Below, in pieces: positions 1-10,567 of a DNA stretch of 16,913 bases (positions are counted from its first letter, which is position 1; the number at the start of each line of letters is the position of its first letter). The stretch lies in assembly GCA_964035545.1 (NCBI GenBank), contig CAXIUT010000197.1, forward strand, positions 1 through 16,913, read 5' to 3'. The notes beneath the pieces were generated by a model. That model was not told the DNA's origin. It was given only the letters and a program-made list of their open reading frames with translations, and searched no databases. A program made the translations under genes and the position numbers. The DNA is from Bugula neritina. Its lineage: Eukaryota; Animalia; Bryozoa.

Positions 1-93
1 CCCAACCCCAACCCCAACCCCAACCCCAACCCCAACCCCAACCCCAACCCCAACCCCAACCCCAACCCCAACCCCAACCCCAACCCCAACCCC
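1..93. repeat. Left telomere, (CCCCAA)n
   Basis: Perfect C4A2 hexamer array from base 1 to 93, followed by an abrupt switch to AT-rich unique sequence. C4A2/G4T2 is the Tetrahymena-type ciliate telomere repeat. Confidence 0.98.
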
Positions 94-861
94 TTATCTT
101 TGAAATAATCAATTTTAGAATTAAAATTATTAAATAAATATTTGGATTAGTACTTATATCCAAATATTTTAAAGAAGTAAAGGCTTTTTTTTCGAACAAT
201 TGATCCACAATGAGAGAGTAGTTTATATAATCTCAGGTGCTATAACTAGTTAAATTAATTTTCTATATCTCATCTATTTTTAAACCTAAAAAAACTATTT
301 ACTAATGAACCTTTAAAAAATGTTTAACTCAATTCGAATTTTCAAAAAAGTGCCTTTTATTTCACCTGTTTAAATTAAATAATAGAAGATTGAATATGTT
401 CAATACTAATGTCTAGAAAATACTATATTAATGAGGTAGTCTTAACTTATCTTCAATCATCATTAGTTGAGAATTATAGCTGAGAATGTGGCATAGATCA
501 AGATTAAGAAAAATATTAACCAATAAAATAATATTTAAAAATAAATTTTGAGTGATATTTTCAAAATCAGCTAATATTTTCAGAAAAAAAAAATTGTTAA
601 AAAGGCTTAGATTTTCGAAAAAAATGGGAATAGTTAGTAAAAAAAAAATACAGTGCCTACACTTCATTTTTTCTAATCATTAGTTATTAAATATCTTTAA
701 AAGTAATTCATAAATCAATGAATATAATCTATTATATCAATTTCAAATATTTATTGTTGCTAGCTCTGTTGAACTTATGAAAAATATATATATAAAAAAA
801 TGTAAGAATAAAGCTAGCCTTATAAATCAAAGATGCAAAAAGAAAAAAAGATCGTACCCAC

Positions 862-1407
862 ATGTCACCCAAAGAATAGAACTCAAAAATGGTGCATTCA
901 CTGTGGGAAGTATTAAAATCCTGCTCAAAAAATGAAATGTAAACGACAGCGAGAGAAAATAGAAATGAAGCAGTTGGAATAGGACAATAAAAAAAACAAT
1001 AAATAGTAAAATAATAAAGTTAAATAGCTCTTTTTAAAGATAGCTAAGAAAAGATGTAGATTCTAAAACCATTAAGCTAGCTTCGTATAGGTGAATTAGC
1101 TATTAATATAGATGATAGTGAAGATAGAATGAGCTTAATCCTTCCTTAGAACGAGTCTAATAAAGATAAAATTTAATAAATTTAATTTTTTGAGAAAGAT
1201 GATGATAAGTTGAAAAGAAACTAATTTTCAGGCATTAATTAGTTAAAGAAATAAAAGAAATAAATAAAATATTGTTCGATTAATGATGTTAATTGGGATA
1301 AAGTAAACAGCATTCGAATGCTCAGTCGTAAAAAAGAAATTAATTAATACTTAACGAAGAATGAAAGTGCAATGGAAGCTATTAGAAGGTTTTTACAGAC
1401 AAAATGA
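862..1407 (+). CDS. Hypothetical charged (E/K-rich) protein, about 181 aa; start uncertain
   Basis: With TAR=Glu, frame +1 is TGA-free from 781 to 1404 (MSPKEENSKMVHSLWEVLKSCSKNE...AMEAIRRFLQTK*). The first ATG is at 862 and the stop at 1405-1407 is followed by a second in-frame TGA at 1414. No recognisable domain. Confidence 0.45.
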
Positions 1408-1686
1408 TCATATTGATCTTGGATTTATCTTATCAATAATTTATCATCTTAAAATTAAATATAAATCATTAATAGTTCTTTTAATATAAGTTAATAAAAT
1501 ATTATTCTGCTCAAATCATGTAGATCTTCAGTAATCCTCATGCTTCAGAATAGAAAAAAAGATCTCAAATGGTATGAGTAGCTTCTTGAGTCTCCAACAG
1601 TTAAAGGTGGACTTATTGGCGCTATAGTAACTGCTGTTATCAGTTGGGATAGTGAAAATGGCAGAATAGGCAACTTTATGAAATGA

Positions 1687-2337
1687 TGGAAGTTTATTAA
1701 ATACTTTATCTATTCCTAACAAATTTGTAACTTTCCTGAACTATCATCAATCTTGTCAAGATATACTGTGAATACCTTTTATTGCTGTCCTGGAGACTCA
1801 AACATCGAGAGTCAAGAATATTCAATAACTGATTTCAAGATAATCTCTTCAAGAACTTAGTTTATATTTTTCTTTTTAGAGAAAGGGTCAGTCGTGGAGG
1901 AATAGTTAGAGAATTAATTAATGCAGTCAAAAAAGATCAACAAATTAACTAAAGTTCTCATATGTTCAAAAAGAAAATATTAAAACACTATTGGTACTAT
2001 TGTTGCTTTGGAGAGAAGAATAACTCTTCTACCTGTTCCATTGTAGGTTAAAATTTTATCTATTGTCCTGTCTTTATTTTTTCATTGCTACTCTTACAAC
2101 ATCATACAACCAATCATGAAACAAGTCAAAAGAGGGGTTATTCCTTTCATAGTTTTTGATGATCTTTATAAACTTTAAAACTTATGTATGCGCCTTCCAA
2201 AAGAAAACTTAAGATTCGAAAAATTTCAACTAGCTTTACACAATATTAATATGAATGATTTTTATGAAAGAAATCTTATTCTTCTTAAATAAAGTGGAAT
2301 TCGTTTAAAGCTATATTTTAAAAGACAAAATGTATGA
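1687..2337 (+). CDS. Possible hypothetical protein; 5' structure unresolved
   Basis: Frame +1 is TGA-free for about 216 codons and ends ...LKESGIRLKLYFKRQNV* at 2335-2337, 3 nt from the convergent stop of the next gene. The first in-frame ATG is at 1921. An intron-like 20-mer (gtttatatttttctttttag, 1860-1879) may change the upstream frame. Confidence 0.3.
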
Positions 2338-2340
2338 TAA

Positions 2341-3498
2341 TCACATTCCTTTTTTAGGAGGTTTCTTTTTGGAACGTTCTCTTTCTTTTTACTTCCTTTT
2401 TATACAATTTTATAAATGTTTCTCAATGAAAACTTCATTAAATATCTTCTGGCAATATTGACACTACTTATTAACTATCTTAACTTCTTCCAGATTGTTC
2501 TCATTCTTCAAATTATCTATATTCTATCCCTCTGGTTCTTCCTATTTCTACTATTTCTAATTCTCATCTTTCTTCATAGCTTTGACTGCTGATCTAAAGT
2601 CTTCAGAAGCTGCCTTCCAGTTTTATCCTGTTTTTGTTCGATTAAAACCCTGTCCTCGAGTTGCATTCATCTTCTTTTTTTACTATAGCTTGCTATTTTT
2701 TGATACAACTGCCTAAATAAAAATAGAGATACTTGTTACTTTGAAACACGCTTGGCTTAGGAGTTAAACTCCTTCCTTTTAGACATAAAAACTAACTTAC
2801 AAGCTTTAGCATGTTTTTCTAATGCTTTTCGATTGAACTTTCTTCCACAACCTTCTGGGCATATCAGAAGATCAGTTTAACTTTCAACAGGCAATGACTA
2901 TTCTGCCTCTTATTCATGGATAGCCTTTTATTAGTTAGAATTTCCAAGTTGTCTTGATTCTTGTTGTTCAATTTTAGTTTGTAAAGGAACTTAATCTCTT
3001 CTTAGTTCCTCTCTTTTAGGAGGAGGAGGTTGCATTTTAGGTTATTATTTGGGAGCTTCTTTGGCTATAAGTATGCGTTTTTGCAATGGAATTTTTGGAG
3101 GTTCATTAATGGGTTTTTTTTATTCATAATTAGGTTATTCAGTGAGCACCAACTTCAAATTGGTTTTGTTTTAATTTTATCGGCTTATTTGTTGGGTATT
3201 ATGAAGAATTTTTGTTTAATTGATGCTGGTGCTGGACCCAATTTCTGTTTTATTAACTAAATACATGGCTTTTATGTGGACTGTCCTTTTTAAATTCTAC
3301 CTTTGAGCAATCTAAAAGAGGTTCTAGTATTGGAAAAGGTTGTAGATGGTTAATAAGTTGATTTGTCTGTGGGATCTGAAGGAAGAGTTAGTCTGAGTTA
3401 TTGTCCTGATTCTGAGTCGATGATGATATACATGGTTATTTGAGTTCAATTTTCTTTTAGCGAAGATTGGAAAGGCGAGAAGCAAAGGATGCTGCCAT
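2341..3498 (-). CDS. Zinc finger C2HC domain protein (ZC2HC1-like), about 365 aa, 4 exons
   Basis: ATG at 3498 and TGA at 2343-2341; three 20-nt introns restore one continuous frame. Two C2HC fingers are present: CPEGCGRKFNRKALEKHAKAC followed by KLVFMSKRKEFNS, and CQYCQKIFNEVFIEKHLENC. Between them lies NWKAASEDFRSAVKA, which resembles the WxxxSxxFRxAI helix of this family. Confidence 0.85.
2713..2732 (-). other. Spliceosomal intron 3 of C2HC gene (20 nt)
   Basis: gtatctctatttttatttag on the minus strand; joins the finger-1 frame to the finger-2 frame. Confidence 0.85.
3245..3264 (-). other. Spliceosomal intron 2 of C2HC gene (20 nt)
   Basis: gtatttagttaataaaacag on the minus strand; restores the frame. 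Confidence 0.7.
3412..3431 (-). other. Spliceosomal intron 1 of C2HC gene (20 nt)
   Basis: gtatatcatcatcgactcag on the minus strand. Together with intron 2 it joins ATG 3498 to the zinc-finger frame. Confidence 0.7.
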
Positions 3499-3888
3499 GA
3501 TAACTAAATAAAATATTGATAACAATGTTAAATTAATTAATAAGGTGTTAGTAGATTAAATAATAAAAGATTCTATTCTTTAATCGGAATAATTTATTTA
3601 ACAAAAGGAGAAACAGTTTTATATATGAATAAATGAACTAGTTTAAAACACCAAAATAATTCTGTTAATTTGAATTATATCAACTATTTATCCTTTTGTG
3701 AAGTATATTAATTGATTACCTAAATAGATTATCATTTAGTTTTAAAATATAATTAATAACTAAAACTATTCTTCTTTCTCTATCAAAAAATAACTACAAT
3801 TCATCAATAATTATTAAAACCAAGTTTCAGTTAATTAACATTAGAAATTTATTTATTTTTATCATTTGAATAAATAATATTCAGCTAT
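3499..3888. promoter_or_regulatory. AT-rich divergent intergenic region, probable bidirectional promoter
   Basis: 390 nt of very AT-rich DNA between the head-to-head starts of the C2HC gene and the Polo-like kinase. No specific motif identified. Confidence 0.4.
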
Positions 3889-5538
3889 ATGCTTTCAGCT
3901 GATAACAACTAAAACAGACGCATCTTTAGAGATAAAGTCAGAAACATCTCCTACACTAAAGGAAAATTATTAGGCACTGGAGGGTTTGCTAAATGCTACG
4001 AAGCCACTTCTAGCACAGATGGTAAACTATATGCAGCTAAAGTCATTCCCAAAAAATCAATCAACTAAAAAAGACAAAGATACAAACTACTCATATAAAT
4101 AAAAATACATAAATCTCTAAAACACAAATACATAGTAGAATTCATGGACGCCTTTTAAGATAAATAAAACATCTATATTTTGCTGGAATACTGCCGCAAC
4201 TACACTTTGAAAGATCTCGCCAAAAGAAGAAAAAGACTAACAGAGTTCTAAACAAGGGTCTACATCAGCCAAATTGTCAAAGCCATGGTCTACATCCACA
4301 GGCAAGGCATCATTCACAGAGACCTCAAGTTAGGAAACATTCTCATCAATGATCAAATGGACAGTAAAATATGTGATTTCGGACTCTCCACCAGAATCAA
4401 AAACGAAGGAGACAATAAAAAAACCATTTGCGGAACTCCCAACTACATCGCTCCAGAAATACTAGAAGAACAAGGACACTCTTATGAAGTAGATATCTGG
4501 TCTATTGGAGTCATCATGTACGCTCTCCTCTTCGGCAAACCTCCATTCGAAGATAATACAGTCGAACAGACCTATTAAAACATCAAAAACAACAGATACA
4601 TCTTCCCAGCCAACATTCCCGTTAGTCTAGACGCTAAAGACCTCATTAATCGCATTCTAGTCATGGATCCAGTCAAACGTCTGAGCCTGGAATAAATTTT
4701 GTCACACAAATACATGCAATTTCAAGAAGGAGTGCCTCATATATTGCCTGTATCTTCACTGGCAGTTCCACCCATCGACCACGATAAGCATCCTACTCGT
4801 ATTAACCTCAACGACATGCAGCTTGATATGTCAGAAGATATGGACGATGATGAAGGAGTATTGGAAGAGAAAGTGAAGCATTAGGAGGAATAAAAAAAGC
4901 AGATCAAAAAGGACAAGTTTGTTTATATCAGATAATGTTTTAAATTTTAGAAGACATTCGGCTATCTTCTGTCGAATGGAGTGGTGGGAAGTTTCAACAA
5001 ATAGACCAAAACCAACTTTATATTTGAGTTCGGACAATAGTATTACTATGTGGTAAAAGAAGGAACTAAACCAAAAAAGAATCAGATCCCATAGAACTAT
5101 TAGTAAGACACAGATCTTCTCCGACTTTTTCATTTCAAATCATTCTTTATTGCAAAATATTCTCTTTTTAAATTAGAACAAATGCGCAAAAGAACAGGAT
5201 AAAACTAAGTTCTTCTCTATCTTAGAAAATCAATAGCTATCAACGACCTCTAAATAGTCACTCGACTCAATAATAACATCATTCAACTTCATTTCAGTGA
5301 TTTAAGTTCTTTAGGAATTAACAGAGACGATGAAAAAGGTATTTACAGTGTCAACAAGAAAGGATAGCTTAAAGAAGTCAACTATAACTAATGCAAAAGT
5401 AAAAAAATAAAACTCAAAATAAGAAGATTCAGTAATCTCATCCAAAAGTTGTCATAAAAATATGATGAAGATAATTAATAGATATAAGAAGGAAGTTATG
5501 ATGAAGATTAAAACATCAATTAATCCTCATAAACTTGA
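3889..5538 (+). CDS. PLK: Polo-like Ser/Thr kinase with degenerate C-terminal polo boxes, 549 aa, intronless
   Basis: Single frame with TAR=Glu: LGTGGFAKCY, YAAKVIPK, LIEIKIHKSLKH, FEDKENIYILLEYC, HRDLKLGN, DFG, KKTICGTPNYIAPE, GHSYEVDIWS (Plk signatures). The C-terminal FGYLLSNGVVGSFN and RLNNNIIQLHFSD resemble polo boxes 1 and 2. TGA at 5536-5538. Confidence 0.93.
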
Positions 5539-5947
5539 TTAAACATCATCCTCACATATTAGTTATTTAATCATCTAAAATAATCTAAGATAGTCTTCTT
5601 AGATAGTTTCAATAATGCTAGAAGAAGATCTTTTCCATTTTCGAGACAATTTATTTCAATTAGATGTCCTTTTTGAGGATTAAAAATCATATATTTTATT
5701 AATAACTTAAAATATTTAGTTCAATTAAATACATTTGGACAGTATTCTATCAATCGATCTTTTTCTTTATAATCGTTGTTCTAAAATATAAATATTATTG
5801 ATATTCAAATCTACAACTCTAATAAATCATTTTCCCTAATATTTGATATCATATAATATTTCTTTATCTTCAAATTATATCAACTTAATTGATTCTTTAT
5901 AAGCTTAAAACTTATCTTTTAAATCTATAGTCATTATCTTCCGTTGT

Positions 5948-8900
5948 ATGAAAGAATAAAAACCTGTTTAGTACGAATAAGATAGGCCTTCTAGTCGTCA
6001 ATTCATCGCCAATACCTCCAACCAATAGTTTACAACCAACTAAATCAAAAGTACCACCACCAATGTCTTCACATTCATTCCTATCAACCTTTTCAATCAA
6101 CTCAAAGTCATGGCTAACAGTATCTCTTATTTTATTCAGTTTATTTCATAATCATTGCCATTCTACAAGTGATACCATCTATTTCCGTAACAGGAGGAAC
6201 TCCAACCATCCTCTTCCCTCTAGCAGCTGTCATGTTGGCAGTTCTGGTCAAAGATGCCTATGAATAATACTATAGATATCGGAAAGATAAAGAATAGAAC
6301 TAAAGGTAAGTCTAAGTGTTGGTCGAGGGTAGATTTGTAATAAAGCAATGGTAAACTTTGAGGGTAGGAGAAGTGATTAAAATAAGAAAAGATAATCAAA
6401 TTCCTTGTGATTGTTTAGTAGTTAAATCTTCTGATTCTTAAAACAAAGCCTTCGTGTAAACCAAAGGCCTCGATGGATAGACCAATCTTAAATTAAAAAA
6501 CTCTTTTATTAATAATATTCCCAATAGTATATCTAAACTAAAAAACTATTAAACCTACAAATATTAGATTACTTGTGGAGCTCCTGCCCAGCAAATCAAC
6601 AAATTCGATGGTTCAGTTTAAGTTCCTATGCCTAAATATAAAATACCTCTCTAGTCCTAAAATTTATTACTCAGAGGTTGTACTATCAAAAATGTTCATT
6701 AAGTAATAGCTATTTGTTGCTATACTGGCTCAGACACTAAACTTGTTCTCAATTCAGCTAAATTTGAACCAAAAAAATCAAAACTGATGTTAGAAGTTGA
6801 TAAAATTGTCATTTAAGTCTTCATCTGGCAAGTCATAATCGCCTTAGTCTGTTCTTTATTCAATACCATTCTATAAAACAGCTACCATGAAGTCACTCAG
6901 TTCATTCCGATGTCTAACTACTGGATAACTGCTTTGACATGGTGGCTTTTGATGACTTACTTCGTCCCTATCTCCCTCATGGTCACAATGGAAATGGTCA
7001 AACTCTTCCAAGGATCAGTCCTTGTAAAAGATCAGTTTGGCTATTCCAGTGAATACTAGTGCTTCACTTCAGCCAATAACACCTCTGTCAACTAAAATCT
7101 GGGACAGATAAAGTTTGTTTTCACAGATAAGACAGGAACATTGACAAAAAACAACATGGTATTTAGAAATTTGATATGTGGAGGATAGCTGTATGGAAGT
7201 CCTAATCAACCTAGAAAAGAAGAAGGTTAATAATCAGGAGTGGCATTGAGAAAGACAGTTAATTTTCGAGATTCTTCATTTGAAAATGCTAAATAGAATC
7301 CAAGGATACAAGAAGCACTAAGAGTGATAAGTTTATGCCATGAGATAAATGTTTAAGTATAAGAGGGTAAGAGAATATACAATTCAAGTTCTCCAGATGA
7401 AGTAGCTTTGATATACTTTGCCAAACAATCAGGAAAAGAACTCATTGGATAATAAAGAAAGATGATAAAGATTGCATAGAAAGATGGAAGACATTCCAGA
7501 GCAGTTTAGTATTAAAAATTAGCTTTATTAGAATTTAACTCAGTCAGAAAAAGAATGTCAGTTATCATTAGAGATCCATAAACTAAAAAAATATAAATAT
7601 TAACCAAAGGAGCTGACTCTACTGTTAAATTATTACTTAAAGATGGACAAAGAGAACTAACAAAAACACAAGAACATATTGATAAACTAAGCATATTAGG
7701 ACTAAGAACTCTGATGTTAGGAAGAAGATCTATTTCATAGTAATAGTTTATGCGTTTTAATAAAGAACTTCAAAAAGCAAAGAGTATAATAGGGGAATAG
7801 AAGAAGATAAAAATAGATGAATGCTATGAGAAAATATAAAAAAATCTAGATTTGGTAGGTGCTACTGCGATCGAAGACTAGTTACAGGATTAGGTAAAAA
7901 GTACTATTTAGACTATGAGACTATCAGGAATGACTTTTTTTATTCTAACTGGAGATAAAAGATAAACTGCTATTACTATTGGGCGTTCATGCGGACTTAT
8001 TGATTCAAAAATGCAAATCATCAACATCCCTCCCTATCAATAATAATTTGATCACTAGTGGCGTATGAACCTCTTGAAACTCAAATAAGGTAAATAATAA
8101 AAAGTATTTCTACTTGATGCCTAACACTCCATTCCTCCAGATCTACCTCTCAGTCCCACCATCTGCTACAGATGTACTCCCAAAAATAAATAATAAATTG
8201 TGAGATTTGTCAAATAACATACTCCCTACCTCACCATGGCAGTCGGAGATGGATCAAATGATGTCAATATGATCAAGTAGGCCAGTGTAGGCATCGGAAT
8301 AAAAGGAAAATAAGGTACATAAGCAGCTAGAGTGGCAGATTACGTCGCTGGATAGTTCAAATTCATTAAATTACTGACTCTCTACTACGGAAGAGAATGG
8401 TACAGAAAAAATTGTCAACTAGTTAACTATAGTTTTTACAAGAATTGGTTCCACGTTAGCTGTGTCATCGCTTATGGAGGTTTCTCGTACTTTTCAGGAG
8501 TAGTTCTTTACAATGTATACTTATACTAACTATTCAATGTTTTCTATGCTAGTTTACCCATCATCATCTATGCTCTTTTTGATTAATAATACACTCATAA
8601 AGAGTCATACAGAGACATTGATCTTTACCAGCCAGGTCCTGATAACCTTTACTTTAACCAAGCTGCCTTTCTCAAAAATATTGGATTTGCAGTTCTAGAA
8701 GGAGTCGTCACTATGCTTGTCATCTTCAACATTCTCTAATCTGAAGTTTTAGACTCCAATGGAAAAACAGGTTACTTGCAATTGAATGGATCAGTTCTTT
8801 TTGGCTTAATCATTATAGTAGTCAACCTGAAAATTCTTACTATGAGTACAGGAGTCAAAGTGCTTAATACTTTTCTTGTTTTTGGCAGTATTATTTTTTA

Positions 8901-9150
8901 TTGGGTGACTCAATTAATTTACGGTAAGTTGGGAGATCTTCAAGAGCTAGTCGTTTTCTATGAACAATGGTCCTATAGTCCGATTTATTTTGTACAAATT
9001 ATCTTAGTGTTTTTCCTTATTTTTATTTAGTTCGGATACTCTAAGTTTGAAGATATGAAGAGAAGACACAGCAAAATGAAAAGACAAGACTCAATCAACA
9101 AAAAAAACAAAGATTTCATCAATGCTATCGGACATAGCGTAAGAATCTGA
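5948..9150 (+). CDS. P4-type ATPase (phospholipid flippase), about 1060 aa, one intron
   Basis: Motifs [28 protein letters not shown] (P4 signature), FTDKTGTLT (phospho-Asp, 7126-7140), [57 protein letters not shown] and YSFYKN, plus C-terminal transmembrane helices. TGA at 9148-9150. Confidence 0.95.
6120..6139 (+). other. Spliceosomal intron of P4-ATPase (20 nt)
   Basis: gtatctcttattttattcag. Removal gives [21 protein letters not shown], matching the family motif QFxxxANxYF. Confidence 0.9.
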
Positions 9151-9306
9151 AAATGATATCAATACCTGCATCAATTTATCTACTATTATCATCTCAATAC
9201 CATCCAGCTTTCTCCCAAAGATTCCTTAAACAATCCATTATACTTATTTAAATCGATTATTGGAGGAGTAATTATAGTTTTAATATTTATAATACATTTA
9301 TTATTG

Positions 9307-10405
9307 ATGAGCGAGTTGTTTCAACCCTCTATCGATGACTATTAACTTTTATGCGTGATAGGCAGAGGAGTCTTTGGAAAGGTATATCTAGTTCGCTAGC
9401 TCAAAACAAGTCATGTTTTTGCTATGAAAGTAGTAAAGAAAAAGTTAATATAATAACAAAACAAACTCAAAAACATATTCACTTAAAGAAATCTACTAGT
9501 TTAAGTAAATTTAGCATTAAGTCAGTTTTAACATCCTTTCATCATTAAAATCACCACCACTTTCCAAAACTAAGACAAATTCTATTTCATTATGTAGTAC
9601 TGTCCAGGAGGATAATTATATAACCTTCTAGCTATCAAATAAAAATTTTCAGAAGAACAGTAACTTCATCATTAGATAGAACCAAATTCTATATATCTCA
9701 AATAGTCCTAGCACTTGACTACATGCACAACAAAGATGTTGTTTATCGAGACCTCAAACCTTAAAACATTATGATTGACAAGAAAGGGAACATCAAACTT
9801 ACTGATTTTGGGCTCAGTAAAAAGATAAAAAGAGGACAATAAAATGTTTTTTCTATTTCAGGAATGCCAGAATATACAGCTCCTGAAATAATAATGCAAA
9901 AGTAGTGCAATAAAGCAGTTGATTTTTGGTGTCTAGGCTCCCTACTCCATGAAATGCTTACAGGATTTCCTCCTTTCTTCTCAGAAAACCTGAATGAACT
10001 CTATGAAAGCATCAAGTCAGAAAATTTCGTTGTAGATTAATAATTTAAACTTTCAAAAGAATGCTCTAATTTGCTTTAAGGATTATTTCGAAAAGATCCA
10101 TAAATGCGCCTAGGCATGCATGTAACTACTCTTTTATCTAGGGAATAGAAGAATTGACCAGCCACCCTTGGTTCAATGGCATTAACTGGTAGGCTGTTAC
10201 TAAAAAGAAGTATAAATCTCCCTTTGTGCCTATTTTAAAAAGTGAACAAGACACTACTTACTATAGTGCTGCCATCACTTCAACCAGTTTGGAGTCAGTA
10301 AGTTCATACTCACACATGGGAGAAAGAGAAAAAGAAAAAGGATAAAATTTTTTTATTGGATTTGATTACAACCAAGATGAAAACGAAGAAAATGTATAGC
10401 AATGA
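9307..10405 (+). CDS. AGC-family Ser/Thr kinase (Akt/SGK/S6K-like catalytic domain, no PH domain), about 345 aa, 3 introns
   Basis: [87 protein letters not shown] and the AGC hydrophobic motif FIGFDY. TGA at 10403-10405. Confidence 0.93.
9505..9525 (+). other. Probable intron 1 of AGC kinase (21 nt, in-frame, stop-free)
   Basis: gtaaatttagcattaagtcag. Removal restores the canonical ERNLLVEFEHPFI spacing. Confidence 0.75.
9660..9679 (+). other. Intron 2 of AGC kinase (20 nt)
   Basis: gtaacttcatcattagatag; gives FSEEQTKFY. Confidence 0.9.
10122..10141 (+). other. Intron 3 of AGC kinase (20 nt)
   Basis: gtaactactcttttatctag; gives [16 protein letters not shown]. Confidence 0.9.
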
Positions 10406-10567
10406 TATCTTGTTCTTTAATACAAACTTTTTGATAAACTTTTATTTTCTATAAAATATAAAAAGCCAATTCTAACCATTTATTTCAAATTTGCACATTT
10501 ATACCTATTAATAAACTATTTTGATGCATATGAATCTAAAGTCAAGTCTATTTTATAATTTTTAATA

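Noticed and set aside
1528-1805. Minus-strand mini-gene (ATG 1805, candidate 26-nt intron 1766-1741, TGA 1530-1528)
   Set aside because: Formally possible but short, with no recognisable motif and an atypical intron length. It conflicts with plus-strand candidates and cannot be supported without RNA data.
9139-9210. Extra 3' intron (gtaagaa...) extending the ATPase C-terminus
   Set aside because: No AG acceptor near 20 nt downstream, and the tandem TGA AAA TGA fits a genuine stop.
3889-10405. Pseudogenes riddled with premature stops, or the standard ciliate code (UAR=Gln)
   Set aside because: Interruptions are exclusively TAA/TAG, frames and motifs are intact, and many TARs fall on invariant Glu (DGET, DLKPEN, alphaC).
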